The position numbers and the translations under genes were made by a program. A stretch of DNA of 64,000 nucleotides, from the NCBI GenBank assembly GCA_000165345.1, contig CM000436.1, positions 576,001 through 640,000 on the forward strand, given 5' to 3'. Of the stretch, positions 35,323-46,152 are shown in pieces. Below the pieces are notes generated by a model that was given only the letters and a program-made list of their open reading frames with translations, made no database searches and had not been told where the DNA came from. Positions within the stretch are counted from its first letter, which is position 1. Each line of letters opens with the position of its first letter.

Positions 35323-38300
35323 ATGAGTGAAGGAAGTAATAGGATTATGAATAATGAAATTTATGGAATAGGTTCACAGAATCCTCCATTGGGTGGTGGT
35401 CATTTGATTCAATCGGGGGTAAGTGGAGGGATGATTGCAAGTCAAAAGGAGGGTACCGTTAATAGTGGGGCGATGATAGGAGGAGGAGGAAGTGATAGCA
35501 CTAGAGGAGCAGGTGGAGTGGGAGTAGGAATGGGAGCGAACGGGGCTGGGTATATGCCAAAACCATCTATGGATGTCATAAAGGATGCAACCAGTGGAAA
35601 ACAGAGTTGTTTAAGTGGAAATACGACATTTACTCATGCATGGTATCCAGAAATTTCTAAAATATTATATGATGTAAGTAAATCCAATTTATCTATTCAA
35701 GATAAAAGAGTACGAATTTTGTTATTAATTTTCCAATGGATAAAGAAGCAACAATGTGAGTTAGTAGACCCAAGTGTATTGTTTTCAGATAATAATATTG
35801 AGATTCTTGAAAATCAATTAAAAGCTTATAAGCATTTTTTAACAAGTGATGTACCTTTAAGTGAAAATATATTGGAGAAGAGTCTTGGCGTTAATATAGC
35901 TACTGGAAATAAGAGACAAAGGCTTGAAGGCCAAGAAGGAGGATCATCTATACAGAATACTCAACAAAATTCTTTTAAAGAAGAAAATAATATGGGAAAT
36001 AATACTAGTAACGTTGAAATAGAAGGATTTCAACCAGACTGGAACTTTATTAATTCTGTTATTAGAGATACTAATTCATTTAACTATAAAGTTCCAATAT
36101 CAAGACAAGGTTCTTCTATTATTGCTAGAAATCCAAATCAATGGATTGATTATAATAGAAAAGTTGAACAGAATAGAATGGCTCTTTTAATGAATAGGAA
36201 TATTGGTATGAATGGTAATATTAACACTCAAGGTTCAAATCCTGTAACTTCATCTAGCTCAGGAGGGGAAAATGCTAAAAAAGAAACGGAATCTTTGGCA
36301 AATAATTCCAAAATGGTCATTGATGATCATCCAACTAAGTCAGAGACAATAAGAAGTGAAGGTAAAACTGATTCCAGAGCCGAATCTAGAATGGAAGATA
36401 AAAATGTTGATAAAAACCTTGCGAATCAAAATCAAGATCAAGATGAGAGTATTCATAATAATGCAAATGAACATGATCAAACAGGAGTCAATAAGCCATC
36501 ATCATGTACAGATTCGAAACCTGAGGAACAAGATGAAGATTTGCTCTTAATACATAGAATTTCAAAGCTACTTAATTTCCAACATTTTATTAGAAATCAA
36601 ATAATAGTCTCCAGATATATTGAAGAAATGGATCCACCTCTCCCACAATTAAAATTTGTGACAGCAAGGGATGCTAGAAAGAATAAAGCTCTTTACCAAG
36701 CCAGAATTGATGGTTTAAAACATATCAAGGTCGTGGATGACATTAAAAGGCAAAGAAGGCAATTTATTTCAGAAATTTTAAAACATTCAAAAAGATTTCA
36801 AGATGTCCATCGTGAAAACCAGAGAAGTATTCGAAGAGTATGCTCTCATGTATTGAGACATTCCACTAATAAAGAAAGAAGGGATCAAAATTTGGAACAA
36901 CAAATGCAAAGAGCAAGATTGAATGCTTTAAAAGCTCAGGATGAAGAAGCATATTTAAGACTTTTGCATGAAGCTAAGAATGAAAGACTTTTGGAATTAG
37001 TTCATCAAACTGAAGATTATATGAATAAACTTGGGGCTTTAGTTATGGAACATAGAAAACAAGCAGGTTCAGCTGTAGACTTTGATGAACTTTACTTGGA
37101 AGAGAATCAGAAAGAGGGTGAAGAAGAAGAAGAGGATGAGGAGGTTGAAACTGGAGAGAATAATCAAAATCAAGAAGGGAAAGATCTTGGATATAAAGGA
37201 GATAAACATATATGTAATAAATGTGGCTGCTCAGGGAAACCACCTGATGAGAATCATCGAGAGGCTACCAAATTAGGATCTGCACAAGGAGATTCAGAAA
37301 AAACAATTGAGTCTAATGAAATTAAAATAATTGAAGATCAAAAAAATGGAGTTTCTTGTAGTTGTAACTCTCCAAATTGTACGTGCTCTTTATCTATTTC
37401 TACTTGTGATTGCAAATCTGAAACATGTTGTTCAAAGAACAAAAAGAAGAAACGATCTGCGCCTTTAATAAGAGCAAAAGAGAGATATTTCCAAGTTACC
37501 CATATGATACAAGAACATATAACAAAACAACCTGAATGTTTGAAAGGAGGTCAATTAAGAGAATATCAAATGAAAGGATTGGAGTGGTTAGTTTCTTTAT
37601 ATAACAATAATTTAAATGGAATTTTGGCTGATGCTATGGGATTGGGAAAGACTGTTCAAACTGTAAGTGTATTAGCACATATTTATGAGAATAAGGGAAA
37701 TAGAGGGCCTCATTTAATTATTGCTCCTTTATCTACTTTACATGGTAATTGGGAAAATGAATTTAACAGATGGTTACCAGATTTTGTCAAAGTTATTTAT
37801 GAAGGAAATAAAGAAATTAGAAAACAAATACGCTCTAAATATATGACAGGAGAGGCAAAGTTCCATGTTTTATTGACAACTGATGCATTCATAATGAAAG
37901 ATAAGCACTATTTACGAAAGTTTGATTGGGAATACATTATAGTAGATGAAGCTCATCGTTTAAAAAATCCAAAGAGTAAACTTGTACAAATCTTAAATAA
38001 TGGTTTTAGAGCAAAACATAGGCTTGCTTTAACCGGTACCCCACTTCAAAATGATTTACAAGAAGTTTGGGCATTATTAAATTACTTAATGCCAAGTATT
38101 TTCAACTCTTCTGAAACTTTTCAACAATGGTTTAATGAGCCTTTATCTTCTATAAAATCTTCAGGAAAAACAGGAGGAGGTTCGGATAATGGAATTGTTC
38201 CATTAGATATTAGTGAAGAGGAACAACTTTTAATTGTTGATAGATTGCATAAAGTTTTGAGACCTTTTCTATTAAGAAGAGAAAAAATCCAAGTTGCTAA

Positions 38301-40344
38301 TGAAGTACCTCCTAAATTAGAAGAAATACTTTGGTGTCCTTTAAGTGGTTTACAACAATATCTATATAAAGAACTTGAAAGTAATGAGAATTCTGGACCA
38401 AATGTATTAATGCAATTAAGAAAAGTATGTAATCATCCATTTTTATTTTCAACTGAGATACAATATCCATCAGATGAGAGTATTGTCAGAGTTTGTGGTA
38501 AATTTGTTATGTTAGATAGTATCTTACCAAAGTTAAGAGCAGCAGGACATAGAGTATTGATATTTAGTCAAATGACTAAATTATTAACACTTTTAGAGGT
38601 ATTTTTATCATTAAGAAATATGCCATTTTTAAGATTGGATGGAACAACTTTATCTGAAGATAGACAAGAAAGTCTCAAATTATTTAATGCTGAAAATAGT
38701 CCATACTTTGTTTTTCTATTGTCCACAAAAGCTGGTGGATTTGGTATTAATCTTCAATCGGCAGACACAGTAATATTATTTGATTCAGATTGGAATCCTC
38801 AGAATGATGAACAAGCACAAAGTAGAGCACATAGAATTGGCCAAAAGAAAGAGGTTTTGACTTTACGTTTTGTAACACCTGATACAGTGGAGGAGAGAAT
38901 TATGACAACAGCAGGAATAAAATTGGATAAGGATGCCTTAATTATAAAATCTGGAATGTATCATGATCTTTATGATGGTGATGATTTGGAACAAAAGAGA
39001 AAAGAAAAGATTCAAGAAATTTTGAGGAAACAAAGACAAAAAGAAGTAGTTAACTGCTATTATGACTCTGATCGTTTAAATAGAATTTTAGCAAGGTCAG
39101 ATCGTGATTTGGAAATCTTTGAGAGGGTTGATAGAATGAGAAAGATGTGTCATATTCCAGGACTTATTATGGATCCTACTTTACCTCCTTGTTTATTTGA
39201 ATGGAAGAAACAAGCTAAGATATCTAGAGTAACTATAGAAAATCCTCAAAAAGCTGAGGAGCTTTGGAAGCTTTGTTATACATTTGGCGATCCTTGGGTT
39301 GTACATCCAAAAAATAAGAGTTGGAGAAGAATACAAATTTTGGGGAATTCTGGTCAGAATAGTAATGAAATTGATAAAAAAGGTGTTGTCAGTAATTCTG
39401 AGGGAATATATAATGCTGGAAGAAGTACAAGATCTTCTATTAATACTATAAGTAATAGAAGATCATTGAATACAGAAGAATCCAATGAAGATGTTGAAAT
39501 GAAGGATGAGGAGTTAGAAGAAATGGATTCTATTGTAAGTTTAGGAGAAAGATCAGATTTAGAATTTGCAAGAAATAGGAAATCAATGTTTGAAGTTACT
39601 AGTAATATGAAAGCAATTAATGTTTCTAAAGATACAACAGGTGATGGCTCTCAAATAGGGAAAGAACTTGAAATTGGTACTATAAGTTCAACATTGGGTA
39701 CCGGGAATGAATTGGAAGATTTAAATGAAGAACAAATCACTCCAGAGGAAATAGAATATAGAAGGGAATCATTAAATGATGCTATTTTACAAGCTTGTGA
39801 CATGGCTATGAAGATTCCAGAATATGAGGCTTATATATCCCTTCCATCACAGACTATTTTCCCAGACTATTACCAGATTATTTCAAAACCTGTTTGCTTG
39901 CAACATATTCGACAGTTTGCAAAAAAGAGAGAATTCACCTCCTTACACAAATTGGAAAAGTATTTAGAACGACTTGCATCAAATGCTAAGACTTATAATG
40001 GAGTTAGCCATTTTCTATATTATTCAGCTCTTCATTTAACAAATACTATTATGATGGAGGTTAGAAAGAGAGTTGCTGTTGCATTCTATACATATAAACT
40101 TCCTGAAGGTCATATTAGGGATCACGAAGCTAAGCAACTTTTGGATGGTCTAAATTCCGTCTCAGAAACAGATTTGAATAGAAAACATATGTTGGTTCCA
40201 GATGTTGGCGACGAAGAGGAAGAAGAAGAGGAGGAAGAAAATGATGATGAGGAAGAAGAGGAAGATGAGGAAGAAAACGATGATGATGATGATGACGATA
40301 ATAATAAGAATAATCGAGTTGAAAAGAAAACTGGGAAAAAATAA
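35323..40344 (+). CDS. SNF2-family chromatin-remodelling ATPase (Brg1/Snf2/Sth1-like) with HSA-like region, DEXH helicase, HELICc, bromodomain and acidic tail
   Basis: The ORF track starts at a TTG at 35320; the first ATG is 35323. The protein is about 1673 aa. Motifs present: …LREYQMKGLEWLVSLYNNNLNGILADAMGLGKTVQT… (motif I), …IIVDEAHRLKN… (DEAH), …LALTGTPLQNDLQEVWALLNYL…, …RVLIFSQMTKLL… …QAQSRAHRIGQKKEV… (HELICc), and a C-terminal bromodomain (…FPDYYQIISKPVCLQHIRQ… YNGVSHFLYYSALHL…). The gene ends in a D/E-rich tail. Confidence 0.9.
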   Translation: MSEGSNRIMNNEIYGIGSQNPPLGGGHLIQSGVSGGMIASQKEGTVNSGAMIGGGGSDSTRGAGGVGVGMGANGAGYMPKPSMDVIKDATSGKQSCLSGNTTFTHAWYPEISKILYDVSKSNLSIQDKRVRILLLIFQWIKKQQCELVDPSVLFSDNNIEILENQLKAYKHFLTSDVPLSENILEKSLGVNIATGNKRQRLEGQEGGSSIQNTQQNSFKEENNMGNNTSNVEIEGFQPDWNFINSVIRDTNSFNYKVPISRQGSSIIARNPNQWIDYNRKVEQNRMALLMNRNIGMNGNINTQGSNPVTSSSSGGENAKKETESLANNSKMVIDDHPTKSETIRSEGKTDSRAESRMEDKNVDKNLANQNQDQDESIHNNANEHDQTGVNKPSSCTDSKPEEQDEDLLLIHRISKLLNFQHFIRNQIIVSRYIEEMDPPLPQLKFVTARDARKNKALYQARIDGLKHIKVVDDIKRQRRQFISEILKHSKRFQDVHRENQRSIRRVCSHVLRHSTNKERRDQNLEQQMQRARLNALKAQDEEAYLRLLHEAKNERLLELVHQTEDYMNKLGALVMEHRKQAGSAVDFDELYLEENQKEGEEEEEDEEVETGENNQNQEGKDLGYKGDKHICNKCGCSGKPPDENHREATKLGSAQGDSEKTIESNEIKIIEDQKNGVSCSCNSPNCTCSLSISTCDCKSETCCSKNKKKKRSAPLIRAKERYFQVTHMIQEHITKQPECLKGGQLREYQMKGLEWLVSLYNNNLNGILADAMGLGKTVQTVSVLAHIYENKGNRGPHLIIAPLSTLHGNWENEFNRWLPDFVKVIYEGNKEIRKQIRSKYMTGEAKFHVLLTTDAFIMKDKHYLRKFDWEYIIVDEAHRLKNPKSKLVQILNNGFRAKHRLALTGTPLQNDLQEVWALLNYLMPSIFNSSETFQQWFNEPLSSIKSSGKTGGGSDNGIVPLDISEEEQLLIVDRLHKVLRPFLLRREKIQVANEVPPKLEEILWCPLSGLQQYLYKELESNENSGPNVLMQLRKVCNHPFLFSTEIQYPSDESIVRVCGKFVMLDSILPKLRAAGHRVLIFSQMTKLLTLLEVFLSLRNMPFLRLDGTTLSEDRQESLKLFNAENSPYFVFLLSTKAGGFGINLQSADTVILFDSDWNPQNDEQAQSRAHRIGQKKEVLTLRFVTPDTVEERIMTTAGIKLDKDALIIKSGMYHDLYDGDDLEQKRKEKIQEILRKQRQKEVVNCYYDSDRLNRILARSDRDLEIFERVDRMRKMCHIPGLIMDPTLPPCLFEWKKQAKISRVTIENPQKAEELWKLCYTFGDPWVVHPKNKSWRRIQILGNSGQNSNEIDKKGVVSNSEGIYNAGRSTRSSINTISNRRSLNTEESNEDVEMKDEELEEMDSIVSLGERSDLEFARNRKSMFEVTSNMKAINVSKDTTGDGSQIGKELEIGTISSTLGTGNELEDLNEEQITPEEIEYRRESLNDAILQACDMAMKIPEYEAYISLPSQTIFPDYYQIISKPVCLQHIRQFAKKREFTSLHKLEKYLERLASNAKTYNGVSHFLYYSALHLTNTIMMEVRKRVAVAFYTYKLPEGHIRDHEAKQLLDGLNSVSETDLNRKHMLVPDVGDEEEEEEEEENDDEEEEEDEEENDDDDDDDNNKNNRVEKKTGKK

Positions 40345-40973
40345 ATATTCAAAGATATTAACACATGAAGTTGTATCTCTTTCATTTTCTCATGGTACTT
40401 TTTTATGTGAATTTAAGATCCACATAATATTTCAAGTATTATTTGTATTACTCAAAATAACTATATATTGAAACTTTGGCGCTTACTTTAGATAGTTTAT
40501 GTATGCACTTAATGGCTTACATGTACGGGCGCCAACAAATTGGAGTGGTTTGACCCAAATTCGTGATTTTTTTTTTTTAAATTAATTAATTAAGAGAAAA
40601 AGCAAACCTACACGTTAGGGATAGGACAACTAATGAAAAGTAGAAAAAATGGTATAAAGTTGATATTTTTAGAGCATATGATTAAGTTAATAAAAAAGTG
40701 AAAAGTATATGTATATATACATATATATTATTTAGTGAGATAGGAGTGGGATAGGGTACAAATTGCAAGAAATATTTCTCAATTCTCCTATTTCCCTTAA
40801 ATTAGGAATGATTAATAAGGTTAAGAATTAATTTACTAATTCTTTTTTTCTTTTTTAATTTAAATTAAAAAAAAAAAAGAGAAGATAAAGTGATTTATTA
40901 TTTAGTATTTAGGTTATAGGATTTAGACTCTACTCATTCTGTAATAAGAAAAGTTAAAGAAAAGAGATCAAAA

Positions 40974-41810
40974 ATGTTTGAAACAGTTGTATTGGTGGCA
41001 ATATTTACAATAGTTTTTACTGGACTAATTATGGCAGGTTATATTCAATATTATGAGAATGCACCTATAGAAGATATTAGAAAGCTTCTTAAAGAATCCT
41101 ATATAATTTTAGCCTTAATGGAATTATTATTTGGATTATTTGGAATTATTAGCTTTAAAGTAGAAATAGTTTTGCAATTTTTAGATTGGTGGTTATTTTA
41201 TCAAGCAAGTAATAAATATCCATATATATTTAGTATGGATTCATTTTTTCCAGTAAAAGTGATTATAGTTACATTAATTAAAGCAATAATAAGTATAAGA
41301 ACCTCCTTCAATATTCCTTTTAGGTCTCTCATATTTCCATATATAATGTCCACAGTCTGTATATTGCCATTACTATTTGCTTTTTCATATCCATATGAAG
41401 ACTCAGTAAGTTTTAAATAATGGTTAATTTAATTATGTAATAATAACTTAAACAAAATACATTAGAAATTAGCTCATATAGTTTGGGACAAAAGTAATGA
41501 TGAAGACATTTTAACCCGCTTCATTAAGATAGTTATGTCGGAAAGAAGTCGAAATGACTATTTGGTTCATTTGAAGATCCAAATTCAGAGGTAAGTTTTA
41601 ATAATTTCTTGAAAAACAATCAACCCAAGTTGATTGATAATTATCAAGACCAAAAAAAGAAGAAACTAATTTTATTTAATCAAATTTACTCCATTCAGAA
41701 ATATTGCAAGCTTATATAGGCAAAATAAGTATATTCGGTCTATAGTTTCAAAGTCTCCATTATATGTCAAAAACTTTATCGTTTCAAGGGCTAGTATTGA
41801 AGAAATCTAA
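40974..41810 (+). CDS. Hypothetical multi-pass membrane protein, probable 3-exon gene
   Basis: Exon 1 is 40974..41405. It encodes 144 aa with several hydrophobic helices (VVLVAIFTIVFTGLIMAGY…), and the ORF reads through a GTAAGT donor at 41406. Proposed exon 2 is 41466..41590: 41 codons stay open in the correct phase and end at a GTAAGT donor at 41591. Proposed exon 3 is 41699..41810, ending at a TAA stop. Only exon 1 is in the ORF track. Confidence 0.35.
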
Positions 41811-42100
41811 CAAATCCTCTATTACTTCACAGAGACAATTTATCACATATTTCGATACTTAATTTTATCTCAAATTTAAATCTAATTCATTTTTTAATTA
41901 ATTTTCCCACATTTATTTCACACGTAATTTTCTTTTTTCTATAACGGTTTTCCATGCATTTTAACACTTGGCGCCTAAATTTTTGTGTGTGTACAAAATA
42001 ATTTAAATAATTAAATAAATTAAAAGTGCAATTGAAAAAATATTATAAGGAAAGTTAGAAAGCCAGAATTCAATTAAAATAGAAGAATATTCAGGTTAAT

Positions 42101-42891
<791 letters not shown>

Positions 42892-43279
42892 TTTACATTA
42901 TCTAGATCATTTTATTAGCATTTACTTGTAATATTGTCAAATTAAGATTTCTGAGTTGCCGCGCGCGCCCAAAACTTTGTCTAAAATTCTATTTTGTGAT
43001 TTTGACCCCGGAAAAAATAGTATTAATAAAAGTAGAATAAAGAATAAATAAATGGGCAATTTGATTGAACAATGTTCACAAAAAAGGAAGCTTTAGAGGG
43101 CCTTTTGAATTAAAGTACTAGTTTAAGTTTTATTTTAATAATTTTGACGGAAATTAACGCTCCAAAAAGATTATAAATCAAATTATTACGCTTACACAAC
43201 AACCTATAATGCATAAACTCATTATGGTTTTATTAATAATGCAAATATAATAATAAATCGAAATTTTAAATAAATAATA

Positions 43280-45469
43280 ATGACAATTAGTAAGAGGGAG
43301 TTGAGATCATTCTTTGGGAGCTTGCACCCTCTAAATGTGGGGTTAGTTTTCAAAGTATATAAAGAACTCAACTATAATGATATTCAGTTTGATAAGTTAT
43401 CCGTAAGAAGGAATAAGTATACAACAAAGAGTACAGGTTTGGTCAATAATTATACTAAAAGCCAAAAAAGTAATAAAATTCGAGTTAAATATTCCGAATT
43501 TATTAAATATTTGGCAGAAAACCTCTTTGAAATGAATATTAAAGATCTTGGATATCTTCAGAGCTTAGAACTATTGGAAATTTTTCAATATATTAAGGAA
43601 AATGAGCCATCGATTAATAAAATGCATAACTCACATAAGCTAGAAAAATTAATATTTTCAATATTGAAGATTCATATTATATATATTTTGGAATTATCCA
43701 TTTTGCTATCTGAAATGAGTGAAATAAAGGCTATAATTGAAGATTTTTCAAAGTTACTGTTATGCTTTGAGATAAACGTTGAAGATCTTTTTTATAATAT
43801 TAGTGATAATGAACTTATTCAAATATTTAATTTAATTTGTTATTTCTTAGATTTGAAAGAAGAAATTATTTTAGATAAGAATCAGGATAATATCCTTATT
43901 AAAATTTTGAATATTTCTATGAACAAAATAAAAAAGCACTTTAATATTCTCTTACAACATCCATTAAAAATGAGTGAAATAATTAATCAGCCAAATAAAT
44001 CCAAATGGATTAGTTTACTCGATTCTAAAGATATTGTGATTTCAAATGAAGACTTGGTATTATACTTTATATTAAAGAATTTTAATGGTTATTGCGATAA
44101 CTTAATACAAGTTATGGAAATTATCCGTTTCAATTTCCTCTCAGATTCTGCTAAAAATGTGTATAATAGAGTCCAGAGCCCCGTTTTAAACTCAACAAAC
44201 ATAACCAGGAATGAATACTTTGTAAATAATGCATTAAGCTTTCCAAATTCTACAATTAAACCTAAATTTATGATTTTAAACAACTTATCGGATTGGTCTC
44301 AAATTCCCGTTATTAATAAACACTTTGTTATAGAAAATAACCTTAATACTGATGGTTGTTTTTCATATGAGGTACAGATTATGAATCAAGGTAAATTCAG
44401 ATTTCCTGGAAATTTCAATGATTTAGTCAAAACCTGGCATCTTTTCCTAGGAATTTCTATCAAAGTTAATGAAGAATTTCAGCCTTTTATATTTAATCTA
44501 TTTTCACTACTTTGTGAAAACTCTAACAAAAATCACACAGACAAATTTTTCCGTTGCAGTTCGATCTTAAAGTCATCCAAATATGACTTTAAAACAGGAA
44601 ATATATCAAAGAATATAATGGCGCCGGCGCCGACTGCTCTTTATAAAGAAAAGAATTACATGCAAAATGAAGTGGTTATACAAGAGGATGGATTAGTATT
44701 GGCAGATAGCAGTGGAAATGAAATTTGGAGGGATGAAAACAAAGTGATCTTTGTAGTAAATTTGAGGGAGAAGTTTATTTTAGTTGAGATTGGAGGACTA
44801 TTTTCTGTTTATATTGAAATTCTTGATAGTTTGTTTGAATATAGTGGATTACAAACAAAAAACAATCTCATTTTTCCATTAATAAGCTACAATCATGAAT
44901 ATTTTAATATAGAATTGAATTATTATTCTTGTAATTTGAGTATGAAGGAGGAACTGACAAACCTGAAGAAAATACAAAATCAAGAATACAAGAATAGATT
45001 AATTGGGTCCAAAACTAGAAGAAAATTACTCCTTGAGGTTAGTAAGAAACAGTCAGGAGCGCCAAAGAGAGTAACCAGACTTAGACCATCTGGGTCTACT
45101 AATGTTGTGATTCCTTTTTCTATGGATTCTTTAAATTCTCCTTTATTTTCTGTTACTCCTCCAACAGGTAGGAGAGGAAGACCAAAGAAAAATACCAACC
45201 AAGCATACATTAGAGAGTTGGCATATATGAATAACATGAAGGAATACTGTTCTTCATCGTTAGCAAAGGCTTCAAAGAAGAATGGAAGTAGGCAAATTCC
45301 AGAATCTACTGAAGTTCGAGATCCGGGCTCACTTGTAATAAAAAAGATCAAAAAGAAAGTAAAAGCCTCTACTACTAATAATCATCGTTATTTTAATTCC
45401 TTTTTAGGGAAACTTTTTACTAAAAGCCTCGAAAAGCTACTTGGTTTCTTTCGTGGCCGTCTGCTATAG
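43280..45469 (+). CDS. Hypothetical nuclear protein with a C-terminal AT-hook (GRRGRPKKN)
   Basis: A 729-aa ATG ORF. The N-terminal ~550 aa are Asn/Ile-rich with no recognised domain. The C-terminus carries an AT-hook motif (…TPPTGRRGRPKKNTNQ…) and basic patches. A GTTGCCGCGCGCGCCC motif lies upstream at 42956-42976. Confidence 0.5.
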   Translation: MTISKRELRSFFGSLHPLNVGLVFKVYKELNYNDIQFDKLSVRRNKYTTKSTGLVNNYTKSQKSNKIRVKYSEFIKYLAENLFEMNIKDLGYLQSLELLEIFQYIKENEPSINKMHNSHKLEKLIFSILKIHIIYILELSILLSEMSEIKAIIEDFSKLLLCFEINVEDLFYNISDNELIQIFNLICYFLDLKEEIILDKNQDNILIKILNISMNKIKKHFNILLQHPLKMSEIINQPNKSKWISLLDSKDIVISNEDLVLYFILKNFNGYCDNLIQVMEIIRFNFLSDSAKNVYNRVQSPVLNSTNITRNEYFVNNALSFPNSTIKPKFMILNNLSDWSQIPVINKHFVIENNLNTDGCFSYEVQIMNQGKFRFPGNFNDLVKTWHLFLGISIKVNEEFQPFIFNLFSLLCENSNKNHTDKFFRCSSILKSSKYDFKTGNISKNIMAPAPTALYKEKNYMQNEVVIQEDGLVLADSSGNEIWRDENKVIFVVNLREKFILVEIGGLFSVYIEILDSLFEYSGLQTKNNLIFPLISYNHEYFNIELNYYSCNLSMKEELTNLKKIQNQEYKNRLIGSKTRRKLLLEVSKKQSGAPKRVTRLRPSGSTNVVIPFSMDSLNSPLFSVTPPTGRRGRPKKNTNQAYIRELAYMNNMKEYCSSSLAKASKKNGSRQIPESTEVRDPGSLVIKKIKKKVKASTTNNHRYFNSFLGKLFTKSLEKLLGFFRGRLL

Positions 45470-45700
45470 CTTCTCCAATTCATATAAAATTATAATAATT
45501 TAATTGTCTTTACCATTTGACTCTTTTTTCTACACTATTATTTAAATCCAGCTACTTCTACTACTACTACTACTACAAGCTTTCACTTTTCTAACGCATA
45601 ACACTAACTCGCTTTTATTGTTACTCTCAGCATCTAATGCATAATCCTATTTCAAGCTCTACAAATACTCATCCACCAATGCTACAATTCTTTGCGCATG

Positions 45701-45741
45701 CACGCATGCAATCTTGCCCAGATTCTACCCGCCAAAATCGC
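45701..45741. promoter_or_regulatory. TTTGCGCATGCACGCATGCAATC … CTACCCGCCAAAATCGC
   Basis: Tandem GCATGCA cores plus a CCCGCC site, about 400 bp upstream of the transhydrogenase gene. Confidence 0.3.
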
Positions 45742-46152
45742 TTTACTTTTTTTACTATGCCTTATATAATTTTTTCATGCAAAATGCAAACCCGCTCAAT
45801 GTTGCCGCCCGACACGTGTCAAAAGTCTCGCCGGTATATGCATAAATAATATTTTTTATTGCAATGTGAACATTGCAATTGCATGTTTGAAAAAGGTAGA
45901 GATTAAGATAAAAAAGAAGAAAATAACTCGAGCCAAAGTTTAAATTTGTTTATACAAAAAATTTATTTATATATTTATATTAAATAAGAGGTTTAATAGG
46001 CTGAGAAACTTGGAGTATACCCCTAAATATAAATATATAATAAATTAGAGAAAGTCGTGATAACCGATAAAGCTAAAAATTGAGTGTATACAGGCTTGCG
46101 TTGTATCTTTTAAAGAAAAAGGAGAGTATTTACCACTCCAAAGGAGTGAATA

